Assembly: GCA_002269645.1 (NCBI GenBank)
Contig: NIVC01002382.1
Location: 17,614 to 81,613 of the forward strand
DNA from: Macrostomum lignano
Lineage: Eukaryota
Reading direction: 5' to 3'
DNA: 64,000 nucleotides
Made by a program: the position numbers and the translations under genes. The notes under the pieces are model-generated. The model was not told the origin of the DNA. It did no database searches and saw only the letters and a program-made list of their open reading frames with translations. Shown in pieces: positions 1 to 14,511 of this stretch. The first letter of the stretch is position 1; every line of letters starts with the position of its first letter.

Positions 1-468
1 GTACGAATTGTACGAACGAACAATTGTATGTACGAACCGTACTAACTCATTTTACCATTTATTGGTAAAATAAATGAAAGAATACAGTAGTAGTACGGTA
101 TGCATATGAAAATAAACAAATACGATACACGCTTCTACGAATCACACTGTCACAATATACATGTATACAGATGTAAATTTCACACACGTTGCAGATGTTA
201 GAAGGCAATAAATACGCATGTACATGCATTACTGTACACGTGTTGTACTATGCACGCATAAAAAGCTTACGATTAGCCTTGACTTGACTAGATCAGAATA
301 AAAAGTTGTACATATAGTTTGTGTGCAGAGCCACCTGATCCGCTCAAACAAACTACAGGCATCAACAGCATCATGATATGTAAATGAATGCACATGTAGT
401 CGTTTTTATAGCGAGTTACAGTTGCTCAGTAATTGGTGCTTAAAAATCTATCGTATTCTGACTATAAT

Positions 469-603
469 ATCTTATTTCCTGCAAGCGGGTATCGGATTGC
501 AAAAGGGATGCCACCCCGCCGCAGTCACATTGCAATCTTATTTCCAGCAAGCGGGTATCGGATTGCAAAAGGGATGCCACCCCGCCGCAGTCACATTGCA
601 ATC
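469..603. repeat. 66-bp tandem duplication (2 copies)
   Basis: ATCTTATTTCC(T/A)GCAAGCGGGTATCGGATTGC...CACATTGCA starts at 469 and again at 535. Confidence 0.9.
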
Positions 604-1037
604 ACACCGGAGTAATCACATTGAGAAGATAAAACTGTACAAAGTTTTGTAAAATGTGTCTAGTTTTATTTTTAAGCCAGGTCATGACATTTTGAAATTT
701 ATAGCTTTGATACACAATATTAGCACTTACTTTTATGTGTTGTTTTGAACTTTTTCCTATAAATGTTGACGCGCGTGTCAGTTTCTATGAAACAGTATTT
801 TTTGACCTGACATTTGTCTACACTCAAACTCATCAGCCTTGTTAGAAATTTACATAGTAGTAGGGCTGATTAAATAATATCTATCATACTTGACACAGGC
901 CTATTAGTAATTAGTAATCATTAAGGCTGTCTACTGCTATATTCTAACTACTGCTGCTCGAGGGTGTTTGGTTTCAATTTTTTAAGCTCTATTTGCCATT
1001 GCCAGTTAGGTATGATAACTCATCATGCGATGCTCAT

Positions 1038-1200
1038 CAGTGATGGGCACGGCTAAATTTATTTTTAGTGCCGCTAATTAGTGCTGTCACTAACTGATAG
1101 AAGAAAAAAATTAGCAATCGCTAATTAGCGGGCACTATAATTTCTACTTTGAATTTAGCATAGGGCCTAATTAGCACTGCTAATTTTGAAATGCACTAAG
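1038..1200. mobile_element. Possible left end of a hAT-type non-autonomous element
   Basis: Begins CAGTGATGGGCAC, resembling the CAGTGCTGGGC TIR at 38732, followed by subterminal GCTAATTAG repeats; no partner TIR found. Confidence 0.3.
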
Positions 1201-3211
1201 GGGGGCTAATTAATAAATACATTTAATATAAACTGCTTTTTCACACGTATTTATGTGTTTTTGCACATTTTGAACTCACACGTTTTAAATGAATATAAGC
1301 TAATAATGCTATTCCTAATAATATGTATTTATTATCAATCCTAGGCCTAATAAAAAATCCTCAAGCCGCTGAACTGTTAAAGCAACAATTGGTAGAAAGA
1401 TTTCCTAAATTACAATGCTGTTTGCCTTGAAAAATGTCAAGGGCCCTTGCTACTGGGGCCATGGCCTTCTTATACTCAAGAAAGAAGATAAGATCATCAG
1501 CTTAAAATGGTAGTACAGGTTACGGGATTTATTAACCCCACTATCACCCTGTTGATTGTCTAAATAAGTCTGATTTTATATTGTCTTTTTATATAGAGAT
1601 AGAATAAATTTTCTTCCAATAGAATAGAATAAATTAGGATATAAAAAGTAATAAATATTTTAACTATTTGCCCTTAGGCTAGGGTAAACAAAGTACAAAA
1701 TAGTATAGTATAGTATAGTATATATTAACTACAAGTCAATATATACATTTTTATCTGCAATATATGCATATAACAGTATATATGACAAGACATACTATTG
1801 TTCACAATACAAGACCCTTGGTACCCTATTGGAATAAATGGACAAAAGGCGTCTGACCATCTATTACAATTTTAGAATTTTCCAATTTCGCGTTACAGCT
1901 AGAGCCAAGCCAGTATGGTGCAGTTTTGGGTAAACAGCAAGAGTAACTATGATTATCTTATTAAGGCTAAATGCCTCATTATCAAATTAGTACTATGTCC
2001 ATATTCAATGCAAAAGTTAATAAGATCTATGTTATATTGAATTTTTGAGCTATAATTTTAGATCTCATGTTGCAAATCCATAGGTTTTCTACACTTATTC
2101 CAATAGGGCCTTGGTACCAAGGCTATAGCTAGATATGCCACTATATATCTATGTACTATCTAGGCCCTACTAAAAAATACTAGGATAAACAGCCAAACAA
2201 ATATTATTATTGCCTTTAAGTTTAGAATCAAAGAGCTTATGCAAGCTTGTAAGCTTGTAATAAAGTACTGAAACAATTTTTTGCATGTATTAATTTTCTA
2301 CTAGAAATAGTATCATTGAAACAACAGAAAAATTAACCAAATTATCTGCCAAAAAGGATTGATTATACAATTCAAAAAAGGTGATTTATTGTCACAATGT
2401 AAAAAAGGTAATTTATTCTTGCAACACCAGCATAGTTTTGAGAATAGGCATGCATTTTTAGGCCTAACTATTTAATTTTTGTTTGGGTGTGCACTAAGCA
2501 TGATCCAGACTATGGGTTAGGCTTAATATTAGGCCTAATACTTTATGAAAACTGACTATAAAAAAGTAAGGCTATCCTATAGAATCGTTTGTTAAACTTA
2601 TTGTACACACATTCTTAATTATTTAATCAAAGAATTCAATGTTCAACTCAGTTCATATTCTAACTCTAAGCAATGATGCAAAGCAACAGGCTATATCAAC
2701 TCACAGCTAAGAGATACAGGAATATATTTTTCTTGGTTAGAATATAGGCTTATAGCAATATTTTTATATAGCTTATAAGAACCACTTTGCAGCTCATTTT
2801 GAATTGATGCTAGACTAAACAATAAGCAATATATTAGAGTGTATAGTAATATAACAAGTCATAAAATAGAAATAATTCTATAGTTCTCAACCTGTGGGCT
2901 GTGACCCCCAGTGGGGTTGCGTGACCATTTTTGGAGGGTTGCAGCACCAAGAAATGTGTGAGTATGTCATACTTAGGCTTGCTTTTTAAAGAACTAAAAT
3001 ATTAGTGTTGTTTATTTTCAATGCCCAATTACTCATAAATCTTGTAGTCTCAGGTTAATGAGTTAGTGATATATTTATTTCAATTTGTAAGTTTGCCATT
3101 TTTTAATAAATTACCTTCACAATGGATAAGATTGACAGAATTCACATTGGCATTAGATAGATTAGTGGTATTGGCATTGGTAAAGGCTGGCTTTTGTATT
3201 TTTAAAGGCAG

Positions 3212-3470
3212 GCATTTGCATTGGTAATGTCTGGCATTTGCATTGGTAATGGCTGGCATTTGCATTGGTAATGGCTGGTATTTGCATTGGTAATGGCTGG
3301 TATTTGCATTGGTAATGGCTGGCATTTGCATTGGTAATGGCTGGTATTTGCATTGGTAATGTCTGGTATTTGCATTGGTAATGACTGACATTTGCATTGG
3401 TAATGGCTGGTATTTGCATTTGTAATGGCTGGCATTTGCATTGGTAATGGCTGGTATTTGCTTTTGTAAA
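3212..3470. repeat. 22-bp minisatellite (TTTGCATTGGTAATGGCTGGYA)n upstream of ZnT7
   Basis: Direct reading of tandem units. Confidence 0.9.
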
Positions 3471-3615
3471 GACTGACATTGGAATCAGATTGGTGGCATT
3501 GGCATTAGCAATGGCTGCATTGACATTCATTGGCAATTGCTTCTTTAAAAAAGCTGGGTGCCAGAATGATGGAGCCTTGCCGCATGACAGACCCGTATCG
3601 CTCAATTTCAGGTAA

Positions 3616-6985
<3,370 letters not shown>

Positions 6986-7414
6986 CACTGTTGACCTGCC
7001 CGACTGCGTTTGATAGACAAAGTAAAGCAGGACTATTCCATGTCTAATGCATTGCCGCCATTGACCGCCTGTCTTTAATTTCCTCTTCTGTTGTCAACTT
7101 GGGGCTTCCTTTGTTAGTCTTTGTTTTACTGTGGCGTGTAAAAGAGTCCGTGAAATTGCTTTGGTTTGTTTGAAATTCCAATCATTATCATTGATTTGAA
7201 TTTGCGCCTAATTTGTTATCGAATTTTTGGTGACTGATTATATTTAATTATATAATTCGTTCGAATCGCGCTGCTTGGAAGTCCAGCATGTCCTAACTAT
7301 ACTACTCGCTGATGTTTCTGATTATGCGCCAGATGTTTTCATACCTGAAGCATATGCGTTAAGTACTAGCTCCAAATAATCTTATTTTCCAAATAATCTT
7401 ACAATTTCTGCGGA

Positions 7415-8970
7415 AAATGGCACTTGATGCTGGAAATGGCATTATTGATGCGGGAAATGGCACTATTGGTGCTATAAATAGCATTATTGATCCGGGAAGT
7501 AACACTATTGATGCTGGAGATGGCACTATTGATGCTGGAAATGGCACTATTGATGCTGGAAATGGCACTATTGATGCTGGAAATGGCACTATTGATGCTG
7601 GAAATGGCACTATTGATGCTAGAAATAACACTATTGATGCTGGAAATGACACTATTGGTGTGGAAAATGACACTATTGAGCTCGAAATGGCACTATCGAT
7701 GCTGGAAATGGCACTATTGATGCTGGAAATGGCACTATTGATGCTGGAAATGGCACTATTGATGCTAGAAATAACACTATTGATGCTGGAAATGACACTA
7801 TTGGTGTGGAAAATGACACTATTGAGCTCGAAATGGCACTATTGATGCTGGAAATGGCACTATTGATGCTGGGAATGGCACTATTGATGCTGGAAATGGC
7901 ACTATTGATGCTGGAAATGGCACTATTGATGCTGGAAATGGCACTATTGATGCTGGAAATGGCACTATTGATGCTGGAAATGGCACTATTGATGCTAGAA
8001 ATAACACTATTGATGCTAGAAATAACACTATTGATGCTGGAAATGACACTATTGGTGTGGAAAATGACACTATTGAGCTCGAAATGGCACTATTGATGCG
8101 GGAAATGGCGCTGTTGATGCTGGAAATGGAACTGTTGATGCGGGTAGTAACACTATTGATGCTAGAAATAACACTATTGATGCTGTAAATGGCACTATTG
8201 ATGCTGGAGATGGCACTATTGATGCTGGAAATGGCACTATTGATGCTGGAAATGGCACTATTGATGCTGGAAATGGCACTATTGATGCTAGAAATAACAC
8301 TATTGATGCTAGAAATAACACTATTGATGCTGGAAATGGCACTATTGATGCTAGAAATAACACTATTGATGCTGGAAATAACACTATTGATGCTGGAAAT
8401 GGCACTATTGATGCTGGAAATGGCACTATTGATGCTAGAAATAACACTATTGATGCTGGAAATGACACTATTGATGCTGGAAATGACACTATTGATGCTG
8501 GAAATGACACTATTGATGCTGGAAATGACACTATTGATGCTGGAAATGGAACTATTGATGCGGGTAGTAACACTATTGATGCGGGAAATGGCACTATTGA
8601 TGCTGGAAATGGAACTATTGATGCGGGTAGTAACACTATTGATGCGGGAAATGGCACTATTGATGCTGGAAATGGAACTATTGATGCGGGTAGTAACACT
8701 ATTGATGCTGGAAATGGCACTATTGATGCTGGAAATGACACTATTGATGCGGGTAGTAACACTATTGATGCGGGAAATGGCACTATTGATGCTGGAAATG
8801 GAACTATTGATGCGGGTAGTAACACTATTGATGCGGGAAATGGCACTATTGATGCTGGAAATGACACTATTGATGCGGGAAATGGCACTATTGATGCTGG
8901 AAATGGAACTATTGATGCGGGTAGTAACACTATTGATGCGGGAAATGGCACTGTTAATGTGGAATGATGG
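7415..8970. repeat. 21-bp minisatellite (ACTATTGATGCTGGAAATGGC)n between ZnT7 and POP5
   Basis: About 70 units; source of the repetitive ORFs 7417-9088. Confidence 0.95.
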
Positions 8971-9797
8971 GAAATGGCACACCAATAATCTTGCCTCCCT
9001 TATTGCCTTCTGTTGGCTTATATATTTCACTGTCCCCCTGTCTCTGCTAGCGTTCATTTTAATATGTAGGAAGGATCCTCAGATTTAGTTAATTTGAAAT
9101 CATTTTAGTTGACTCTGTGTTCTTTTTTGCTCCTTGCATTTTTTAAATATCACCTTTTTCATTTAATTGAACTAGTTTTTTGCTATTTGTTTTTTTGTCT
9201 TATTTAGGTGTGCGATGCTACTTAAATCAGTAGTGCGTATTGTCTCGGTAAATTTATTGTACTAAATAAAATATTAGAACTAGATAGATAGAAACTATTA
9301 ATGCAAATAAAAGCTATAAGTTTAAAAAGAGTCTAATTTGGTTAATAAGATTATTAAAATACATTTAAACTACCTGCAATACAAATATGCATATGTATTT
9401 GGTGTCTTTTCAAGCTCTCTAAACACATTGTATAGCTGCCCAGATGTGTTTTTATTTCTATCGATTTGTCAGTCTATCTGTGGTGATTTTTAATTTAATT
9501 TTGATTTTACTCTTTCTGCTCTTTGTAATTGTCTTCTGCTTTTGTGTTTTCGGCTGTCGGATAACAATAAATGATTGATTTGTGTTGTACTTTATAAATT
9601 CTATCTGTAGCGATTAATAAAACTGCAAATTACCTTGGGACTTTGCTGGCTTCGACCGCGCGACTTCTGTGCAGTTCTTTGTTTGTTTTTGAAGCTCAAC
9701 TTTCTGCTCAGAAGTAACCTTTATGCAGTTTCCTAATCCCTTATCTAAGCTTAATCATCTACTCTCCTCAGTTCTACCCGATTGTTTATCCCTCTGT

Positions 9798-10285
9798 CAG
9801 TGGCGTAGCCAGGTATTTCAATTGGGGGGGTGGGTTGGCCTGGCTGGCCATGCCTTATGCCATTGCCACTTTTGGCGCCGCAGGCACTCATTTTGGCGCC
9901 GCAGGCACTCATTTTGGCGCCGCAGGCACTCATTTTGGCGCCGCAGGCACTCATTTTGGCGCCGCAGGCACTCATTTTGGCGCCGCAGGCACTCATTTTG
10001 GCGCCGCAGGCACTCATTTTGGCGCCGCAGGCACTCATTTTGGCGCCGCAGGCACTCATTTTTGCGCCGCAGGCACTCATTTTGGCGCCGCAGGCACTCA
10101 TTTTTGCGCCGCAGGCACTCATTTTGGCGCCGCAGGCACTCATTTTGGCGCCGCAGGCACTCATTTTGGCGCCGCAGGCACGCAATTGCCTCATGGTTTT
10201 TTGTACCCGCCGCGCCCAACCCCACCCCCCAGGTGATTAGGGGAGGGGGGCCGCGGCCCCCCCGCCCCCCCTGGCTACGCCACTG
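9798..10285. mobile_element. hAT-type MITE with internal 21-bp tandem array
   Basis: 15-bp TIRs CAGTGGCGTAGCCAG / CTGGCTACGCCACTG; 8-bp flanks CCCTCTGT / CCCGCTGT (7/8 match); internal (TTTTGGCGCCGCAGGCACTCA)n. Confidence 0.85.
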
Positions 10286-10374
10286 CCCGCTGTCCCTCAC
10301 TTCTCTCCCCAGTTCTACCCGATTGTTTATCCCTCTTTACTCCTTAATCACACTGAGTTCGCTACGGACTCCAG

Positions 10375-10788
10375 GTGCGCAAGAAGTACCGCTACCTAAC
10401 CTGCGAGTTGGTGGCCGAGAATCGGCAGGCCGCAGCTCAGGCTGGCGAAGGCGAGCTGATTGCGGCTGTCCGAGAATCCGTGCTGACGCTGCACGGAGCC
10501 CTCGGCCTTGGCCGGGTTGTGAACCGACTCAAACTGGTGGACTGGAGCCGCGACACCGGCGTCCTGGTGCTCCGAGTGAGCCGCGACACGCATCGCTACC
10601 TGGCCTCCGCTCTGCCCTTCGTGAAGTCATTGCACGGCTCCCGGGTTGCCATAGCAACTCTGCACTGCAGCGGCACAGTCAGATGCGCGGCCAAATTTCT
10701 AACCCGATTCTATTCGGCCGATTCGACTGTTCGAAAGCAGAAAATATTGGCTAGCAGTTTAGCTAAGCTGGGCGCTAAGCCTATCTGA
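10375..10788 (+). CDS. POP5: RNase P/MRP subunit POP5 (Rpp14/Pop5 family); initiator ATG absent from this exon
   Basis: VRKKYRYLTCELV...LHG...TGVLVLRVSR...SALPFV...TLHCSGTVR matches recalled Pop5 MVRFKHRYLLCELV...; preceded by acceptor CCAG at 10371-10374. Confidence 0.85.
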   Translation: MRKKYRYLTCELVAENRQAAAQAGEGELIAAVRESVLTLHGALGLGRVVNRLKLVDWSRDTGVLVLRVSRDTHRYLASALPFVKSLHGSRVAIATLHCSGTVRCAAKFLTRFYSADSTVRKQKILASSLAKLGAKPI

Positions 10789-10967
10789 TTGCTGGATGCA
10801 ATTATATGGATTTTTTTAGTGCATTTTTGTCGTTGTCTAATCCAATTTTCTAAATATATACACTACGGACCACGGGTCTAAAAATGTTTGCTACGAGGCT
10901 GTTTTTCAACCTGTCTATAAAACAAGGAATGGAGCAGATCTTTTAGACTGTAGCATAGAGGACATAC

Positions 10968-11150
10968 AAGTGTTTGTAGCCTGGTGGTTACAGTGGGGTC
11001 GGAGGTTCGATTCTCGACCCACTTGGGAACAATTTGTGTCCTTGCAGCAAGACACTGAACTCTGCATTGCTTCAGTTCCCCTAGCTGTAAAATGGGTGCC
11101 AGCATTAGCTGGGGTAATTGAGGGTGTGTGGCAACCCCCCAATCCTTGGA
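10968..11150 (+). mobile_element. tRNA-derived CORE-type SINE
   Basis: A-box-like GTAGCCTGGTGG, B-box GGTTCGATTC, CORE-like GTGTCCTTGCAGCAAGACACTGAACTC...CTGTAAAATGGGTGCC. Confidence 0.7.
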
Positions 11151-11314
11151 CTGAACAGCCGTACGCAGCCTTCAGATATTATTTATTATTATAGAGCACA
11201 CGCTTAGTATCTATAATAGCATCGGGATTTTTCTCGCAAAAGTGAGACTTCATAAAATTTTCCTAGATTCAGATAGTGTCCTATTGATTATTTGCTTCAG
11301 CGACAGCAGTCGCC

Positions 11315-12796
11315 ATGGCAACAAGAGCTACTCAACCGGATGATGCGGCGCGGATGACTCTAGCCGAATGCAACGAATTGCTATTAAGCATCGAGCAGCA
11401 GCAGCAGCAGCAGTCGGACTCCAGCGACTCAGCCCTGCGGCTGCTCCGGGCTGCCAGATCGATGGCCGCTCTGTGCGGCGAGTTCCGAAGTCAGCTGGTT
11501 GTTGATGACACCTTGGCTGAGCGCTTCCTAGCCGCGGTTGTACAAAGCGCAGAACGCTGTCCTGCTCAGCAGCCAGACGCCTCCGTGACCGCGTCTGTAG
11601 CCATTCAGACGGTGTACAACGCCTGCGCCTTTGACTCCTTGGATAGTGTTGAAAGATCGTCGGGGAGTCGGCTAGCTGGTCACGTGACTGACTGGCTGAG
11701 CAGCCTGTGCCGGCTTGTGCTGTCTCTGCAGCAGCGAGATCGCGACCGTCCAGCCGCCTGTCTCAGCCTGCTGCTGGTGCTGCTGAGCTCCAGCCGGTCC
11801 GGCTCCCAATGCCTGGCTGCCAATCCGGCTGCGGAGGAACAGGCTGCGGTCTTTGTTCGTCAGGAGCTGCTGACAGTCTGCGGAGTGGAAGAGGATAGCG
11901 GCAGCTGCGCAGGAGACCGGCTGTTGGCTCTGCGCGAGCTTCTTGGCACTGACTGCGGCTCCCGCCTGCTGATGCCGGAGCTGCGCCTGTCCGAAATGCA
12001 GCCGGCGCCAGCTGCTCAGGACTGCTTGGCCCAGCTGCTCCACTTGGCTGTACAGTCCCAGCCGGAGCCGCCTCCCCTGTCCAGAGCCGCCTGGCGCCGC
12101 CTGCTTGAGCACCTGAGAAGCTACGCCAGCCAGCTGCTGTGCACAGTTCGAGCCGATCCGGTTAGCCTGGAGTCCGGCTCCGCTCTGTTCTTCTGCGCCT
12201 GCGATCTGCTGGGCCGACCGTTGGCCAATTGGCAAGCTGGTCAGACTCATGATGATGATGATGATGATGATGTAGCGTCCAGCCTCCGCCGGGATCTGGG
12301 CCTGGCCCGCCTGGCTTGCCAGCTGTTGCGCTGCGCCGACTTGGCCGGCCGCGCCAACCCTGCCGGTCCGTTCGCAGTCGACCGGCGCCGCCTTTTATCG
12401 TCGTCGTCGCAGTCGGACGCCGATCCGGTCTACGAAGCGGCGCTGTCGCATCCGGGAGCGGCATTGAAAACCGCTCTGGTCCGCTTCCTGGCCAATGCCG
12501 CCTACTCCAATCCGCCATTTCAGTTGGCAATAGTGAAAGAAGGCGGCCTACCGGAGCTGTTGAACTGCTTAGCTTTAGACGATAAGAATCCCTGTTTGAG
12601 GCAGTGGGCCGCTTTGGCTATAAGAAATCTGTGCCAGGATTGCCCCGAGGCGCGGGACCTGCTGCGCCGGCTGAGACCGCTGGGTGATGGCGCCGACAAC
12701 CTCAGCTCGGACAGTCGGGGACTGCTGGACGAATGCTGCGGCACTCGACAGATTACTGTGCGAAATGGCCGAGTTGTGCCTGTGGATGAGGATTGA
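11315..12796 (+). CDS. ATXN10: Ataxin-10-like ARM-repeat protein, single coding exon
   Basis: C-terminal ataxin-10 domain LVRFLANAAY...GGLPELLNCLALDDKNPCLRQWAALAIRNLC; 493-aa ORF. Confidence 0.9.
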   Translation: MATRATQPDDAARMTLAECNELLLSIEQQQQQQSDSSDSALRLLRAARSMAALCGEFRSQLVVDDTLAERFLAAVVQSAERCPAQQPDASVTASVAIQTVYNACAFDSLDSVERSSGSRLAGHVTDWLSSLCRLVLSLQQRDRDRPAACLSLLLVLLSSSRSGSQCLAANPAAEEQAAVFVRQELLTVCGVEEDSGSCAGDRLLALRELLGTDCGSRLLMPELRLSEMQPAPAAQDCLAQLLHLAVQSQPEPPPLSRAAWRRLLEHLRSYASQLLCTVRADPVSLESGSALFFCACDLLGRPLANWQAGQTHDDDDDDDVASSLRRDLGLARLACQLLRCADLAGRANPAGPFAVDRRRLLSSSSQSDADPVYEAALSHPGAALKTALVRFLANAAYSNPPFQLAIVKEGGLPELLNCLALDDKNPCLRQWAALAIRNLCQDCPEARDLLRRLRPLGDGADNLSSDSRGLLDECCGTRQITVRNGRVVPVDED

Positions 12797-12824
12797 GGCT
12801 GCTACGAGTCTGTTTCATGCTGAG

Positions 12825-14160
12825 CTGAGGCTGGGGACTGGAGATGAAGCTGGGGACTGAAGATGGAGCTAGGGACTGAGGATGAAGCTAGGGACTAAAG
12901 ATGGAGCTAGGGACTGAAGATAAAGCTGGGGACTGAGGATGAAGCTAGGGACTAAAGATGGAGCTAGGGAGTGAAGATGGATCTAGGGACTGAAGATAAA
13001 GCTGGGGACTGAAGATGGAGCTAGGGACTGAGGATGAAGCTAGGGACTAAAGATGGAGCTAGGGACTGAAGATAAAGCTGGGGACTGAGGATGAAGCTAG
13101 GGACTAAAGATGGAGCTAGGGAGTGAAGATGGATCTAGGGACTGAAGATAAAGCTGGGGACTGAGGATGAAGCTGGGGACTGAGGATGAAGCTAGGGACT
13201 GAAGATGGATCTGGGGACTGAAGATGAAGCTGGGGACTGAGGATGAAGCTAGGGACTAAAGATGAAGCTAGGGAGTGAAGATGGATCTAGGGACTGAAGA
13301 TAAAGCTGGGGACTGAGGATGAAGCTGGGGACTGAGGATGAAGCTAGGGACTGAAGATGGATCTGGGGACTGAAGATGAAGCTGGGGACTGAAGATAAAG
13401 CTGGGGACTGAAGATGGATCTGGGGACTGGAGATGGAGCTGGGGACCGAAGATGGATCTGGGGACTGAAGATGGAGCTAGGGACTGAAGATGGAGCTGGG
13501 GACTGAAGATGGATCTGGGGACCGAAGATGGAGCTGGGGACTGAAGATGGAGATAGGGACTGGGGATGAAGCTAGGGACTAAAGATGGAGCTAGGGACTG
13601 AAGATAAAGCTGGGGACTGAGGATGAAGCTAGGGACTAAAGATGAAGCTAGGGAGTGAAGATGGATCTAGGGACTGAAGATAAAGCTGGGGACTGAGGAT
13701 GAAGCTAGGGACTAAAGATGAAGCTAGGGACTGAAGATGGATCTGGGGACTGAAGATGAAGCTGGGGACTGAAGATAAAGCTGGGAACTGAAGATGGAGC
13801 TAGGGACTGAAGATAAAGCTGGGGACTGAAGATGGATCTGGGGACTGGAGATGGAGCTGGGGACCGAAGATGGATCTGGGGACTGAAGATGGAGCTAGGG
13901 ACTGAAGATGGAGCTGGGGACTGAAGATGGATCTGGGGACCGAAGATGGAGCTGGGGACTGAAGATGGAGATAGGGACTGGAGATGGAGATGGGGACTGA
14001 AGATGGAGATAGGGACTGGAGATGGGGATTGGAGATGGAGATGGGGACTGGAGATGGAGATGGGGACTGGAGATGGGGATTGGAGATGGAGATGGGGACT
14101 GGAGATGGAGCTGGGGACTGAGGATGAAGCTAGGGAGTGAAGATGGAGATGGGGACTGGA
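12825..14160. repeat. 19-bp minisatellite (GGGACTGAAGATGGAGCTA)n starting ~30 bp after the ATXN10 stop
   Basis: About 70 variant units. Confidence 0.95.
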
Positions 14161-14511
14161 GCTGCAGACGTCCTCAAACGCTTCTGATTAGCTTCTTGTA
14201 GCCAATACTGAGTCTTATCTGAGAATTGTATTTAAAATTGAGCTTAGTTTAAGTGCTATTGTTGTTAATATGTTTTGTTTCATAAATACAGGTAAATATA
14301 AGAATACTTTTTTTGCAGTTGTTTTGCATTTTTCGTTTAATTTTTTTTTACCTCATGCGTCGGTACTAGTAGCTAGTTATGAGTATTTAGATTAACCTGA
14401 GCACCAATTCAGCTAGCAGATTAGCAGCCTTTGATTTTCGTCTAAATTAAATTACAAGTTGGACAATGCTGAGCCCGATACTTAATTAGTGGCAATATAC
14501 ACTTCAGCGCC

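Noticed and set aside
2881-2950. hAT-Charlie-like terminus (GTTCTCAACCTGTGGG...GACCCC)
   Set aside because: Single degenerate end with no partner TIR
3080-3605. Cys/Gln-rich repetitive ORFs
   Set aside because: Translations of a 22-bp minisatellite that shift frame every unit
3566-3612. Upstream ATG exon splicing from 3612 to POP5 with ZnT7 nested in the intron
   Set aside because: The donor would be phase 1, whereas POP5 needs phase 0
7359-9088. Long ORFs such as (IDAGNGT)n, (MLEMALL)n, (PFPASIV)n up to 412 aa
   Set aside because: The 21-bp unit is stop-free in several frames on both strands; phase-breaking 22-bp units and no coding context
10193-10202. ATG|GTTTT as a cis-spliced start exon for POP5
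   Set aside because: Very poor donor consensus and inside a recent MITE; not formally excluded
9723-10300. CRISPR-like or repeat-protein appearance
   Set aside because: Contiguous units with no spacers, inside a TIR-bounded MITE in a eukaryotic locus
10968-11040. tRNA gene
   Set aside because: A and B boxes are present but there is no complete cloverleaf, and the sequence continues into a CORE-like SINE body
11672-12744. Multiple overlapping antisense ORFs in ATXN10 (also in SLC43, CEP164-like, TRPV and RTE regions)
   Set aside because: Expected shadow ORFs of GC-rich coding DNA; no homology recognised
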